Shown piece after piece: positions 39,191 to 51,202 of a stretch of DNA of 64,000 bases. This stretch comes from Trueperaceae bacterium (GTDB lineage Bacteria > Deinococcota > Deinococci > Deinococcales > Trueperaceae), in contig OZ243956.1 in assembly GCA_965214405.1 (NCBI GenBank), forward strand, positions 1,792,001 through 1,856,000, in the 5' to 3' direction. Within the stretch, counting starts at the first letter, position 1. Every line of letters begins with the position of its first letter. The notes beneath the pieces are model-generated. The model searched no databases. It was not told the origin of the DNA and worked only from the letters and a program-made list of their open reading frames with translations. Made by a program: the position numbers and the translations under genes.

Positions 39191-39346
39191 TTACCGACTG
39201 GACTCGAGCGCCTCTTCAAGAACCACTTTGAGGCTATTTAGCAACTCTTCTTGAGTCCGCTCCTGCGCGTTGACGGCGGAAACTTCTTCAACCCAGCCAA
39301 TCCACCACTCCCCACGTTCCTCAACGATGGCCGTGTAGGTGTTCAT
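39191..39346 (-). CDS. Short HicB-family antitoxin (51 aa)
   Basis: Manual translation: MNTYTAIVEERGEWWIGWVEEVSAVNAQERTQEELLNSLKVVLEEALESSR. Confidence 0.85.
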   Translation of the reverse strand: MNTYTAIVEERGEWWIGWVEEVSAVNAQERTQEELLNSLKVVLEEALESSR

Positions 39347-39507
39347 TTTTTGTTTCGCCCCTCACTCGCGGTACGAAAATTTGGGTTGAGGTCGAAGACG
39401 ACATCAGGCGCATCCGTGTCAAACTCGGTGAAGTCGTGTTCATCCCAAAACTCACCCATTTTCTCGAGCGTCTGAGCTTTTGAGATGCCCGTTTTACCTT
39501 CCGCCAT
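39343..39507 (-). CDS. Truncated CopG-antitoxin-family protein (54 aa)
   Basis: Manual translation: MAEGKTGISKAQTLEKMGEFWDEHDFTEFDTDAPDVVFDLNPNFRTASEGRNKK; EFWD.HD motif, no C-terminal RHH. Confidence 0.75.
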   Translation of the reverse strand: MAEGKTGISKAQTLEKMGEFWDEHDFTEFDTDAPDVVFDLNPNFRTASEGRNKK

Positions 39508-39513
39508 ATCTTC

Positions 39514-41064
<1,551 letters not shown>

Positions 41065-41252
41065 GAGAGAGTCCTTTCGGAGAATAGAGAGCTTTTTTAA
41101 CCGTCAGTCACAGGAACCAAAACCTAACGTAGTCGCTGGTTGTTACCGAGCCTGCGGTTCAGATTGAGGTGTTTTTGCGGGCGCTCGAGCCTCATCTCCC
41201 AGCCTCCTAAAAGGTCTCTAAAAGCTTTTCTCTAACCACTACCCACTAATCA

Positions 41253-42863
<1,611 letters not shown>

Positions 42864-42867
<4 letters not shown>

Positions 42868-44600
42868 GCGGGTTCCTTGTCACTCTGCACTTCGCCGTAG
42901 ATAACTGCATCATAATCGGCCTCGGGCTCCTGGTCGCCGATCATCATCTGGTCCACGCCCGCGCCCGCCGGGATCATCGGGAACACTTTGTCGGCTTCGT
43001 AGACAAAGAAATTCATCACCGCGGGCTTGCCCTTCGCCAGTACCTCCGGGACGAGCGCGCGCGCCTCCTCGCGGGAGTGGACGTTGTAGCCGTCGATCCC
43101 GTAGGCCTCCGCGAGTTTGGCGAAGTCGGGGTTGGAGTCGGCCAGATAGACCTCGCTGTAACGCTCCTCGTGAAACATCTCCTGCCACTGGCGCACCATG
43201 CCCAAAACACCGTTGTTGCAAATCGCTATCAAAATGGGGAGCTGGTGCTTGTAAATCGTCGCCAACTCCTGAATGTTCATCTGCACCGAGCCGTCGCCCG
43301 CCACGCACACCACCTGCTCGTCGGGTCGCGCAAAGGCCGCGCCGATGGCGGCGGGCAGGCCGAAGCCCATTGTCCCTAAGCCCCCCGAGGTGAGCCAGGT
43401 GCGCGGCTTGTTGGTCGGGAAGAGGCGCGCGGCGAACATCTGGTGCTGGCCGACTTCGGTGGTGACGATGCAGTCGCCGTTTGTGGCGTCGCGGAGGAGT
43501 TCGATGACCTCTTGGGTGACTAATGGCTTGTCGCGTTTGTAACGTTCGGGGTAGCGCGTTTTCCAGGCGTTGAGCTGCGCCCACCAGTCGTCCAGTTGGA
43601 GGGGCTCGAGCGCCTCCCCCAACCGCGGCAGCACGTCGCGCAAGTCGCCCACCACGGGCACGTGCGCTTTCACGAGTTTGGAAATCTCGGCGGGGTCAAC
43701 GTCGATATGAACAATCGTCGCCTCGGGCGCAAAACGCCGCACATTGCCCGTGACCCGGTCGTCGAAGCGCAGCCCCGCGCCGATGATGAGGTCGCAGTGA
43801 CTTATCGCGTGGTTCGCGGTGACCGTGCCGTGCATCCCCGGCATCCCCAGCGCGTTGGGCAAACCCGCCGGATACGCGCCGATGCCCATGAGCGTGGTGA
43901 TAATCGGGACGCCCGTCCGCTCAGCAAAGGCCATCACCTGCTGCGCGGCCACCTGCCCGCCGCCCCCCACCATCATCACGGGCCGCTCCGCCTTGCGGAT
44001 GGCCTCGGCGGCGCGTTTAATCTGCCCCGCGTGCCCCGTCACGGTGGGTTTGTAACCGGGGAGGTCGATTTCTACATCAAAGGTGCCCGTAAAGGTCTCG
44101 TTCTGAATGTCCTTGGGAATGTCGATGAGCACGGGGCCGGGTCGGCCTGTCGAGGCAATGTGAAAGGCTTCTTTGACGACGCGCGGGATGTCGTTTACGT
44201 GTTTGACGAGGTAATTATGCTTCGTCACCGGCCCGGTGATGCCGTACACGTCCGCCTCCTGAAAGGCGTCGGTGCCAATTAACGACGAGGGCACGTTGCC
44301 CGTGACTGCCACCAAGGCCGAGGAGTCCATGTGGGCAGTGGCGAGACCCGTGACCAGGTTTGTCGCGCCGGGGCCGCTCGTCGCAAAGACCACGCCCGGC
44401 CTGCCGCTCGCGCGGTAGTAGGCATCGGCGGCGTGCGCCCCGGCCTGCTCGTGGCGCACCAGGATGTGTTTGATGGGCGAATCATAAAGGGCGTCGTAAA
44501 CGGGCATAATCGCGCCGCCGGGGTGACCGAACACCAGGGTGACGCCTTCGCGCTCGAGCGCCTTGAGCAGAACTTCAGAACCTTTCACAGTAGCCTCCAC
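42864..44600 (-). CDS. ilvB: Acetolactate synthase large subunit
   Basis: RHEQ, TSGPGATN, VGQHQM, GDGS..MNIQEL. Confidence 0.97.
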
Positions 44601-44642
44601 TTTCCTTACGCGCCTCTTTGCATCATTCTTTGCTTAACACAC

Positions 44643-44671
44643 AAAAAACCCCGCCAATGGGTTTGGCGGGG
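44643..44671 (-). terminator. Attenuator terminator upstream of ilvB
   Basis: Minus strand CCCCGCCAA-accca-TTGGCGGGG-TTTTTT. Confidence 0.88.
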
Positions 44672-44694
44672 TGTGTGAACGAACCTTTGTCAGC

Positions 44695-44778
44695 CTAGCC
44701 GACGACACCCCTGCAAGGTAGAATTAGAACTTCTAGCGCGAACGTAAAAAACGTAGGCGTGTGAACAGGGGCGCTCAT
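44695..44778 (-). CDS. ilv-leu operon leader peptide (27 aa)
   Basis: MSAPVHTPTFFTFALEVLILPCRGVVG*; control codons CTA GAA GTT CTA ATT CTA; located just before the terminator. Confidence 0.82.
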   Translation of the reverse strand: MSAPVHTPTFFTFALEVLILPCRGVVG

Positions 44779-44786
44779 TAAGCGTG

Positions 44787-44815
44787 AGTATACGAGAGGG
44801 TGCGCGGGGTGTCAA
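44787..44815 (-). promoter_or_regulatory. Sigma70-type promoter of the ilv-leu operon
   Basis: TTGACA-17 nt-TATACT, 8 nt upstream of the leader ATG. Confidence 0.8.
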
Positions 44816-44991
44816 GCCGCTCGAGCCCGCGAGCCCGCCAACAACTACGCTCGACTCAGCAACCTCTTCACATCTTCACAAGACTTACAACCTCTTGACA
44901 TTCGTACGTTAGCTTGCGCGTGAGGTTTTTTACAAATAGGGTCCGGTCGGGGGAGGCTCGAGCGGGCACACTCAACCTCGGAGGAGAAACT

Positions 44992-47130
44992 ATGCTGACG
45001 GAAAGATTGATAAGGCGCTTTGGTCTCATTGCGCTGAGCTGCACCCTGGGAGCGGGTATCAGCTTGGCCCAAACGGGCGGCGCTCAAACGGGCGGTATTA
45101 CGGGCGGCGCAACAGGCGGCAGCCCCGCCATGTCACAGACCAGCGACCCCTACTACGCGCAGGGGCAGCAGACCTTGCAGCAGATGTTGGAGATTCAGCC
45201 CAACACCAACGAGGCAAGAAACATCATCATCTTTATCGCGGACGGCGCGGGTCCCACGACGGTCACCGCGACGCGCATTTTGGCGGGGCAAATCAAGGGG
45301 ATGCAGGGCGAAGAGAACATCCTGCCTTACGACACTTTCCCGAACGTCGCGCTTATCAAGACCTACAACACCAACGCGCAGGTGGCTGATTCGGCGGGGA
45401 CCGCGACCGCCTGGAGCACGGGCATCAAGACCAAGCAGGGCGTGCTGAGCGTTGGCCCGGACACGCTGCGCGGCGACTGCATCTCGGCGCAGGCGAACCG
45501 CCTCACCACGCTTTTCGAGCTTGCCGAAACCGCGGGCATGGCGACGGGCACGGTGAGCACGGCGCGCATCACCCACGCGACGCCCGCCGCGAACTACGCG
45601 CACTCCGCCGACCGCAATTGGGAGGACGACAGCGCCCTCTCCGAATCGGCCCAGGTGTATAACGCGGCGCTGCAATTGGCTTCTGAAGTCTACGGCATCG
45701 ACACGTCGGGGCTCGAGTGCGTTGACATCGCCCGGCAGCTTATCGAGTTTCCTTATGGCGACGGTTTAGACGTCGCGCTGGGGGGCGGTCGCCGCCACTT
45801 TTTACCCGAGACGGCCACCGACCCCGAAGACGCGGAGGGAACGGGCAGCCGCACCGACGAGCGCGACCTCACCCAGGCGTGGGTGGACGGGCGCGACGGC
45901 GCGGTCTACATCTGGAATCAGGAGGGGTTCGACGCGATTGACCCCGCCACAACGGGTCCGGTGCTGGGCCTCTTTAACGCGTCGCATATGGAATACGAAG
46001 CGGACCGCGCCGAAGACGTGGGCGGCGAGCCTTCTTTGAGCGAGATGGTCTCAAAAGCCATCGACATCTTGTCTCAAAACGAACAGGGTTACATTCTTCA
46101 AGTCGAGTCGGGCCGCGTGGACCACGCCTCGCACGGCACCAACGCTTTTCGCACGCTCACCGACAACATCGAGTTTGGCAACGCGGTCCAGACCGCGCTC
46201 GACAAGGTAAATTTAGACGACACGCTCATCATCGTGACCGCCGACCACGCGCACACGATGGACATGGCGGGCTATCCGCAGCGCGGCAACCCAATTTTGG
46301 GTCTTGTCAAGGGACTCGACGACCAGGGCTTGCCTGTCGACGAACTCACCCTCGCGGCGGACGAGAAACCCTACACCACGCTCGGCTACCTCAACGGCCC
46401 CGGCGCGTTTATCGGCGAGCGTCCCGATCTAACGGGTGTCGACACCGAGGCCAAGGATTTCTTCCAGCAAGCGGCCATCCCGCTTAGCAGCGAGACGCAC
46501 GACGGCACAGACATCGCGGCCTACGCGATTGGCCCGCGCGCGTACTTGGTGCGCGGCACCGCCGAACAAAATTACCTCTTTCACGTGATGAACTACGCGC
46601 TCGGCGATTTGGCGGCGCAGGCGGGCGCGGACTCGAGCCCCCAAACCGAAGCCCCCACCATCAGCGGCGGGATGACCGACCTTTCAAATATCAGCGACAC
46701 CTTCTCGAGCGCGACCGGCGGCGGCATGACCGGCGGTGATATGACGGGCGGTGACATGACCGGTGGGACGACGGGCGGCGAAGCGATTGACGCGCCCTCG
46801 GGCGACTCGACCGCCGTCGAACCGAACGTCGAGGGAACGATTGCGGTGCTCGAGGGCGGCCTAGTCAACATCCCCGTGGAAGCCGCGATTGCCAACATCG
46901 AGGGCTGGAAGCAGCGCCTGATTAGCTTGGACGACCCCGACCTGACGCCGGTGGTAACGACGCTCGAGGCGCTCGCCGGAACCCTCCAGAGCGGCAGCGG
47001 CGACGCGGCGGGCCTCGTGGCTCAGCTCGGTCAGCAGACCAGCGAAGTGGCGCAGGGCTTAGAGTTCGCCCCCCAGCGGGACATGCTCACGCGCCTCGCC
47101 GAACTGCTCTCGCAAGCGGGCAGCAACTAA
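44992..47130 (+). CDS. Secreted alkaline phosphatase (PhoA superfamily) with TGG-rich linkers and an extra C-terminal helical domain
   Basis: GGAGG SD; IFIADG, ADSAGTATA (catalytic Ser), THATPA, GRVDHASH, TADHAH, ETHDG. Confidence 0.94.
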   Translation: MLTERLIRRFGLIALSCTLGAGISLAQTGGAQTGGITGGATGGSPAMSQTSDPYYAQGQQTLQQMLEIQPNTNEARNIIIFIADGAGPTTVTATRILAGQIKGMQGEENILPYDTFPNVALIKTYNTNAQVADSAGTATAWSTGIKTKQGVLSVGPDTLRGDCISAQANRLTTLFELAETAGMATGTVSTARITHATPAANYAHSADRNWEDDSALSESAQVYNAALQLASEVYGIDTSGLECVDIARQLIEFPYGDGLDVALGGGRRHFLPETATDPEDAEGTGSRTDERDLTQAWVDGRDGAVYIWNQEGFDAIDPATTGPVLGLFNASHMEYEADRAEDVGGEPSLSEMVSKAIDILSQNEQGYILQVESGRVDHASHGTNAFRTLTDNIEFGNAVQTALDKVNLDDTLIIVTADHAHTMDMAGYPQRGNPILGLVKGLDDQGLPVDELTLAADEKPYTTLGYLNGPGAFIGERPDLTGVDTEAKDFFQQAAIPLSSETHDGTDIAAYAIGPRAYLVRGTAEQNYLFHVMNYALGDLAAQAGADSSPQTEAPTISGGMTDLSNISDTFSSATGGGMTGGDMTGGDMTGGTTGGEAIDAPSGDSTAVEPNVEGTIAVLEGGLVNIPVEAAIANIEGWKQRLISLDDPDLTPVVTTLEALAGTLQSGSGDAAGLVAQLGQQTSEVAQGLEFAPQRDMLTRLAELLSQAGSN

Positions 47131-47158
47131 GAAGTAGCCACTCGGCGAAGTAGCTTTA

Positions 47159-47190
47159 GAACCTGGGAGCCTTTGCGCTCTCAGGTTTTT
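47159..47190 (+). terminator. Intrinsic terminator after alkaline phosphatase
   Basis: AACCTGGGAGC..GCTCTCAGGTT followed by a T run. Confidence 0.6.
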
Positions 47191-47265
47191 GCTGTCGTCC
47201 GTCCCGAAGTGCCCATGACCAAACCCTTGCCCCGTTCCTCTATAGTAAAGCTCGAGGTGACTCCC

Positions 47266-47685
47266 ATGCTAAAAAGCCTGTTCACACTCTTGGCCCTAAC
47301 GTTTTCTCTTTCTCTCGCCCAACCCCAATTTACCTTTGGCGACCTCTACGCCGACGCGGCGACGTTAGAGTTTAGCAGCGCGTTGGAGGCGGCCTTGGGC
47401 CAGACCGTCACCATGCTCGGCTACGCCGCGCCGCCCCTAAAACCGGGCGCGGACTTTTTCGTCTTGACCAAATACCCGATGGCGGTCTGCCCCTTTTGCG
47501 AGACCGAGGCCGAGTGGCCGCCCGACATCGTCTACGTCAAACTGCCCAAAAACGGCACCGACACCATCATCTTCGGCGCGCTCAAGGTGACGGGCACCCT
47601 AGAACTCGGCACGGCCAAAGACCCCGACACGGGCTTCGTCTCAAAAATCCGCATCCAGGCCAACAAGGTCGAGCGTGCAGGTTAG
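47266..47685 (+). CDS. DUF3299-like exported protein
   Basis: Signal peptide; G..V...GY..PPL....FFVLT..PM.VCPFC...WP.DIV.V; GAGGTGA SD. Confidence 0.75.
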   Translation: MLKSLFTLLALTFSLSLAQPQFTFGDLYADAATLEFSSALEAALGQTVTMLGYAAPPLKPGADFFVLTKYPMAVCPFCETEAEWPPDIVYVKLPKNGTDTIIFGALKVTGTLELGTAKDPDTGFVSKIRIQANKVERAG

Positions 47686-48361
47686 CGCCGAACGCCGCGC
47701 CGAAGAGCAAAACGAGCCCAGTATAAGAGTGAGGGCGCGGGGTTTAGAGGTCCGCTACGCGGAGGACGCCCATATCACGCTGCCCGACCTGACGCTTGGG
47801 GCGGGGGAAGAACTCGCGCTGGTGGGTCCCAGCGGTTCGGGCAAGACGACGCTGCTTCACGTGTTAACCGGACTTCTCAGACCCACCAAGGGCGAGGTTG
47901 AGATTGCGGGCGAGGTGCTTACCACCATGCCGCAAGGACGCTTGGAACGCTTTCGCGCTCGGCACATCGGCCTAGTTTTTCAAGACTTGCACCTCATCGA
48001 CGGCTACACCGCCCTGGAAAACGTCGTCGTGGCGCTCGCCGCCGCGGGGGTTCCCATCGGCGAAGCGAACGGGCGGGCGCGTCACCTGCTGGGCGACTTG
48101 GGGCTCAGTCACCGCCTCAACCACCTCCCCAAGCGCCTCTCGACGGGCGAGCGGCAGCGCGTGGCGATTGCCAGAGCGACGGCGGCGAACCCCGTGGTGC
48201 TCTTGGCCGACGAACCCACCGCCAACTTGGACCGCGCGCGGGGCGAGGGAGCGCTCGAGCTTTTACGCGACGTGGCGCGTCGCGCCGACGCCGCGCTGAT
48301 TGTGTCGACGCATGACTCGGCGGTGAAAGCAACGTTTGATGAGACAGTCGAGCTTGCCTAG
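47675..48361 (+). CDS. ABC transporter ATP-binding protein (LolD/MacB-like)
   Basis: GPSGSGKTT, LSTGERQRVAIARA, LLADEPT. Confidence 0.94.
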   Translation: MQVSAERRAEEQNEPSIRVRARGLEVRYAEDAHITLPDLTLGAGEELALVGPSGSGKTTLLHVLTGLLRPTKGEVEIAGEVLTTMPQGRLERFRARHIGLVFQDLHLIDGYTALENVVVALAAAGVPIGEANGRARHLLGDLGLSHRLNHLPKRLSTGERQRVAIARATAANPVVLLADEPTANLDRARGEGALELLRDVARRADAALIVSTHDSAVKATFDETVELA

Positions 48362-48395
48362 CGCTTTGGTGGTACCTTGTTATTTGAGGGATAGG

Positions 48396-48617
48396 GTGAG
48401 CCGTTCAATTATCAACCGAGACCCAGACATCCTTGGGGGAACACCTGTTTTTATGGGGACGCGCGTGCCCTTAAAGGCGCTATTTGACTACCTCGAAGCG
48501 GGCGACAGCTTGAACGAATTTTTAGATGACTTCCCAAGTGTAAAAAGGGAGCAGGCGCTTGGGCTGCTCGAGCTGGCGCGTCTTTATGTAGCGGGCGCGG
48601 ATGAAGCTGCTGCTTGA
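48396..48617 (+). CDS. DUF433-family antitoxin
   Basis: DPDILGGTPVF.GTRVP...LFDYLEAG.SL.EFL.DFPSV.REQ. Confidence 0.93.
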   Translation: MSRSIINRDPDILGGTPVFMGTRVPLKALFDYLEAGDSLNEFLDDFPSVKREQALGLLELARLYVAGADEAAA

Positions 48618-48654
48618 CGAGCAGATGCCGAGGAAGATTTATGTTCTCCATTAA
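48601..48654 (+). pseudogene. 17-aa N-terminal remnant of a DUF5615 PIN-like toxin
   Basis: MKLLLDEQMPRKIYVLH* overlaps the DUF433 stop, as DUF5615 partner genes do. Confidence 0.75.
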
Positions 48655-49015
48655 CTTTGAGAAAGCCAAATATATACTGCTCAGTTCGGCGATGGAGGAT
48701 TACACCGGGCTCTATGAAGCAGTATGGGAATTGAACGGCATTTTTCCCGGTAGCTCTCTGAGTGAGAAATACAGGGTGGCTGAATCCGTCATTGAAGAGT
48801 TTTTTGTAAAAGGTTATATAGAGTTCCATAAATGGGTGTTTACCAGCGACTATAAAGACTATTCTGTTGAACCCCTTACCCTCAGCGACATAAGTGAACT
48901 ACTCAGAGACCCAACGGCTTGGTACCCTGACTACAACCACGTACGCATTGTTTTTAGCTCCACGGAGCTTGGTGAACAAGCCTATTTTTCTGGTGCAGTA
49001 CCTCTTGTTGAGTAA
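48641..49015 (+). CDS. Hypothetical AT-rich orphan protein (124 aa)
   Basis: ATG at 48641; visibly lower GC than the flanks; acidic/aromatic sequence. Confidence 0.6.
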   Translation: MFSINFEKAKYILLSSAMEDYTGLYEAVWELNGIFPGSSLSEKYRVAESVIEEFFVKGYIEFHKWVFTSDYKDYSVEPLTLSDISELLRDPTAWYPDYNHVRIVFSSTELGEQAYFSGAVPLVE

Positions 49016-49137
49016 TGAGTCATAAGTCTGGCAGTACAACTCACGCATCCTCGAGTGAAGAAAACGCCCTTCATGCTCGACCATTACTGACTTCTCTTCT
49101 GACGCCCCACTGACACAGAAACGTTACTTTTTAGCTT

Positions 49138-50856
49138 ATGCCCCGCCCCGCCACCGGCCCCAAGCGCCTGCGCCTCACCCTCTGGGTCCTCGTCCGCTCC
49201 CTGCGAATGCGCCTCTTCGCCAACCTGCTCACCGTCGTCGCGGTGCTCTTGGGCGTCGGTTTGGCGCTCGTGGTGCCCTTGAGCCTCCGCGCGTTTCAGC
49301 AAGGCGCGACCGAGGCGGCGCAGATTTTTGACCTCCTGGTGACGGCGGAGGGCTCGCAGACGCAGGCGGTGCTGAGCACGATTTATTACCAAGACGTGCC
49401 CGTGGGCAACATCCCTTACCGCGTTTACGCCGCTTTGCGGGATGACCCGCGCACCGCGCGCGCGGTGCCGCTGGGTTTTGGTGACAATCTTCAGGGCTAT
49501 CCGCTCGTCGGCACGACGCCCGCCTATTTTGATTTGCGCAACGGGCCGCAAGCGCCGCCCTACTATAGCCTCGAGCAAGGGGCGGTCTTTTCCGGGGCGT
49601 ACGGGGCGGTTTTAGGCGCGGGGGTGGCGCGGGAGCTGGGGCTAAGGCTGGGCGACACGTTTCAAACGGCGCACGGGTTTATAGAGACGTTCGAGCCCAC
49701 TATGCACGCGGACGACTACCGCGTCGTCGGCATTCTGAAGCCCACGGGCGGACCCTCGGACCGCGCGGTGTATACTGCCCTCGAGTCCATTTGGGACTCG
49801 CACGGACAGTTTTCACCCGAGGAGGGCAGCGTCGACGCGGAGCACGCTTGCCTTCACATGACGGGCGGTTCTGGAGAAGCGCGGGCTGCGGGGCGTGAGG
49901 ACGCGGCTTTGAGCACGTTGGCTGGAGTTGACGAAACGCACACCCGTTACGAGATAAGTCTCTCCCAAGGGGCGGGCGCAGCGTGGGGCGGGCGGTTGCG
50001 CTTCACGGCCAAGGAAGCGGCGGATTATGCCTTTTTTGCCGACCAGAGCGTCGTCCTCGGCCTTTCGGGCGAGAAGGGCGCGGCAAATCCCGAACTCGTG
50101 GCCGGGGAAGACGATATCGAGGGTTGCTTGGACATTTTTTCGGCCCACGTTTTTCACCTAGACCCAGGCGATTACCTTCTCCAGCTCAACGCGGCGGAGC
50201 GGGAAACGCTCCGTCTGGTTGTTGAGGAGGTGGGACACGAGCACGCGGGTGAGGCCGCAGGCGAAGCCAATGCCATCCCGCTCGAGTCCCTCGCTTCGAC
50301 GCCCCCCAGCGAGGACGACACGCGGGAGGTCACGGCGGTGCTCTACGCCAGCGATGACATTTCCGCGCTCTACCGGGTAGCGGGAACCTTAGACGAGCTT
50401 CCGGGCGTGCAGGCGGTGTTTCCGGGGGGCGTCATCAACGGCCTGCTCAACTTACTCGGGCAGGGCAGGCAGACGTACGGGCTCTTAGCCAACATCATCT
50501 TGGCCTTGGGCGGCATTACAGTGGCGCTCAACGCGTATGCGAACGCGGCGCAGGCGCAGAAGAGTCTGGCGGTCCTGCGGGCGGTGGGGGTGCCGTGGGG
50601 CGTGGTGGCGGGGAGCGTGCTGCTCGAGGCCGCGCTACTGAGTTTTATCGGCATCCTTTTGGGCGTGGTGGCCGCCTACCTCGGGGTCGCCCTGGTGAGC
50701 CGAATCGTCGAGGCGCGCGCCAGCCTCACGCTGTCCACGCCCGACTTGAGCCGCGCCGACTGGTGGCGCGGCCTCGTCCTCTTGCCGGTGGCGGTGCTTT
50801 TCGCGCTTCTGCCCGCGTTAAGAGCGGCGCGGCGGAGCCCGCTCGAGCGGCTTTAG
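49138..50856 (+). CDS. ABC permease (FtsX/MacB family) with an inserted His/Cys-containing periplasmic domain
   Basis: DLLV.A.GS..Q.VL, AVPL.FGD...GYP.VGT, H, VVGIL.PTG...DRA, LAVLRA.G. Confidence 0.9.
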   Translation: MPRPATGPKRLRLTLWVLVRSLRMRLFANLLTVVAVLLGVGLALVVPLSLRAFQQGATEAAQIFDLLVTAEGSQTQAVLSTIYYQDVPVGNIPYRVYAALRDDPRTARAVPLGFGDNLQGYPLVGTTPAYFDLRNGPQAPPYYSLEQGAVFSGAYGAVLGAGVARELGLRLGDTFQTAHGFIETFEPTMHADDYRVVGILKPTGGPSDRAVYTALESIWDSHGQFSPEEGSVDAEHACLHMTGGSGEARAAGREDAALSTLAGVDETHTRYEISLSQGAGAAWGGRLRFTAKEAADYAFFADQSVVLGLSGEKGAANPELVAGEDDIEGCLDIFSAHVFHLDPGDYLLQLNAAERETLRLVVEEVGHEHAGEAAGEANAIPLESLASTPPSEDDTREVTAVLYASDDISALYRVAGTLDELPGVQAVFPGGVINGLLNLLGQGRQTYGLLANIILALGGITVALNAYANAAQAQKSLAVLRAVGVPWGVVAGSVLLEAALLSFIGILLGVVAAYLGVALVSRIVEARASLTLSTPDLSRADWWRGLVLLPVAVLFALLPALRAARRSPLERL

Positions 50857-51166
50857 GGAAGTTTCAATTTGAACATATAAGGCTCGAGGCACTAAGCCAT
50901 TCTCTCAACCAAAACCGTGAAACTTACGCAAGCGTATTTTCCGGAATGATTAGGGCGAGCTTAGGGAATGCAAAAGGGTAACAAAAGGGCATTCTGTATT
51001 TTTATCCCTCTCAACAAATTTTCTGTACCTCGAGACCCTTGCGTGAGCGTGTAAGAAACTTGTAAACGCGCGTAAGCGCCTCGTGACAGCCTCTCCTTTA
51101 AGCTTCTTTTAGGCGGGCACCCTGCATCACACTCTCCCACTCCCGCCTCTCTCCTTTAGCCGCACC

Positions 51167-51202
51167 CACCCCCGGACGCCCAAGCCGGGGGTGCCCTTTT
51201 TC
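51167..51202 (+). terminator. Terminator-like hairpin upstream of spoVS
   Basis: CACCCCCGG-9 nt-CCGGGGGTG followed by CCCTTTTTCT. Confidence 0.55.

Noticed and set aside
38070..39507. Integron cassette array as an explanation of the TA stack
   Set aside because: Spacers of 0-6 nt leave no room for attC sites, and no integrase is present.
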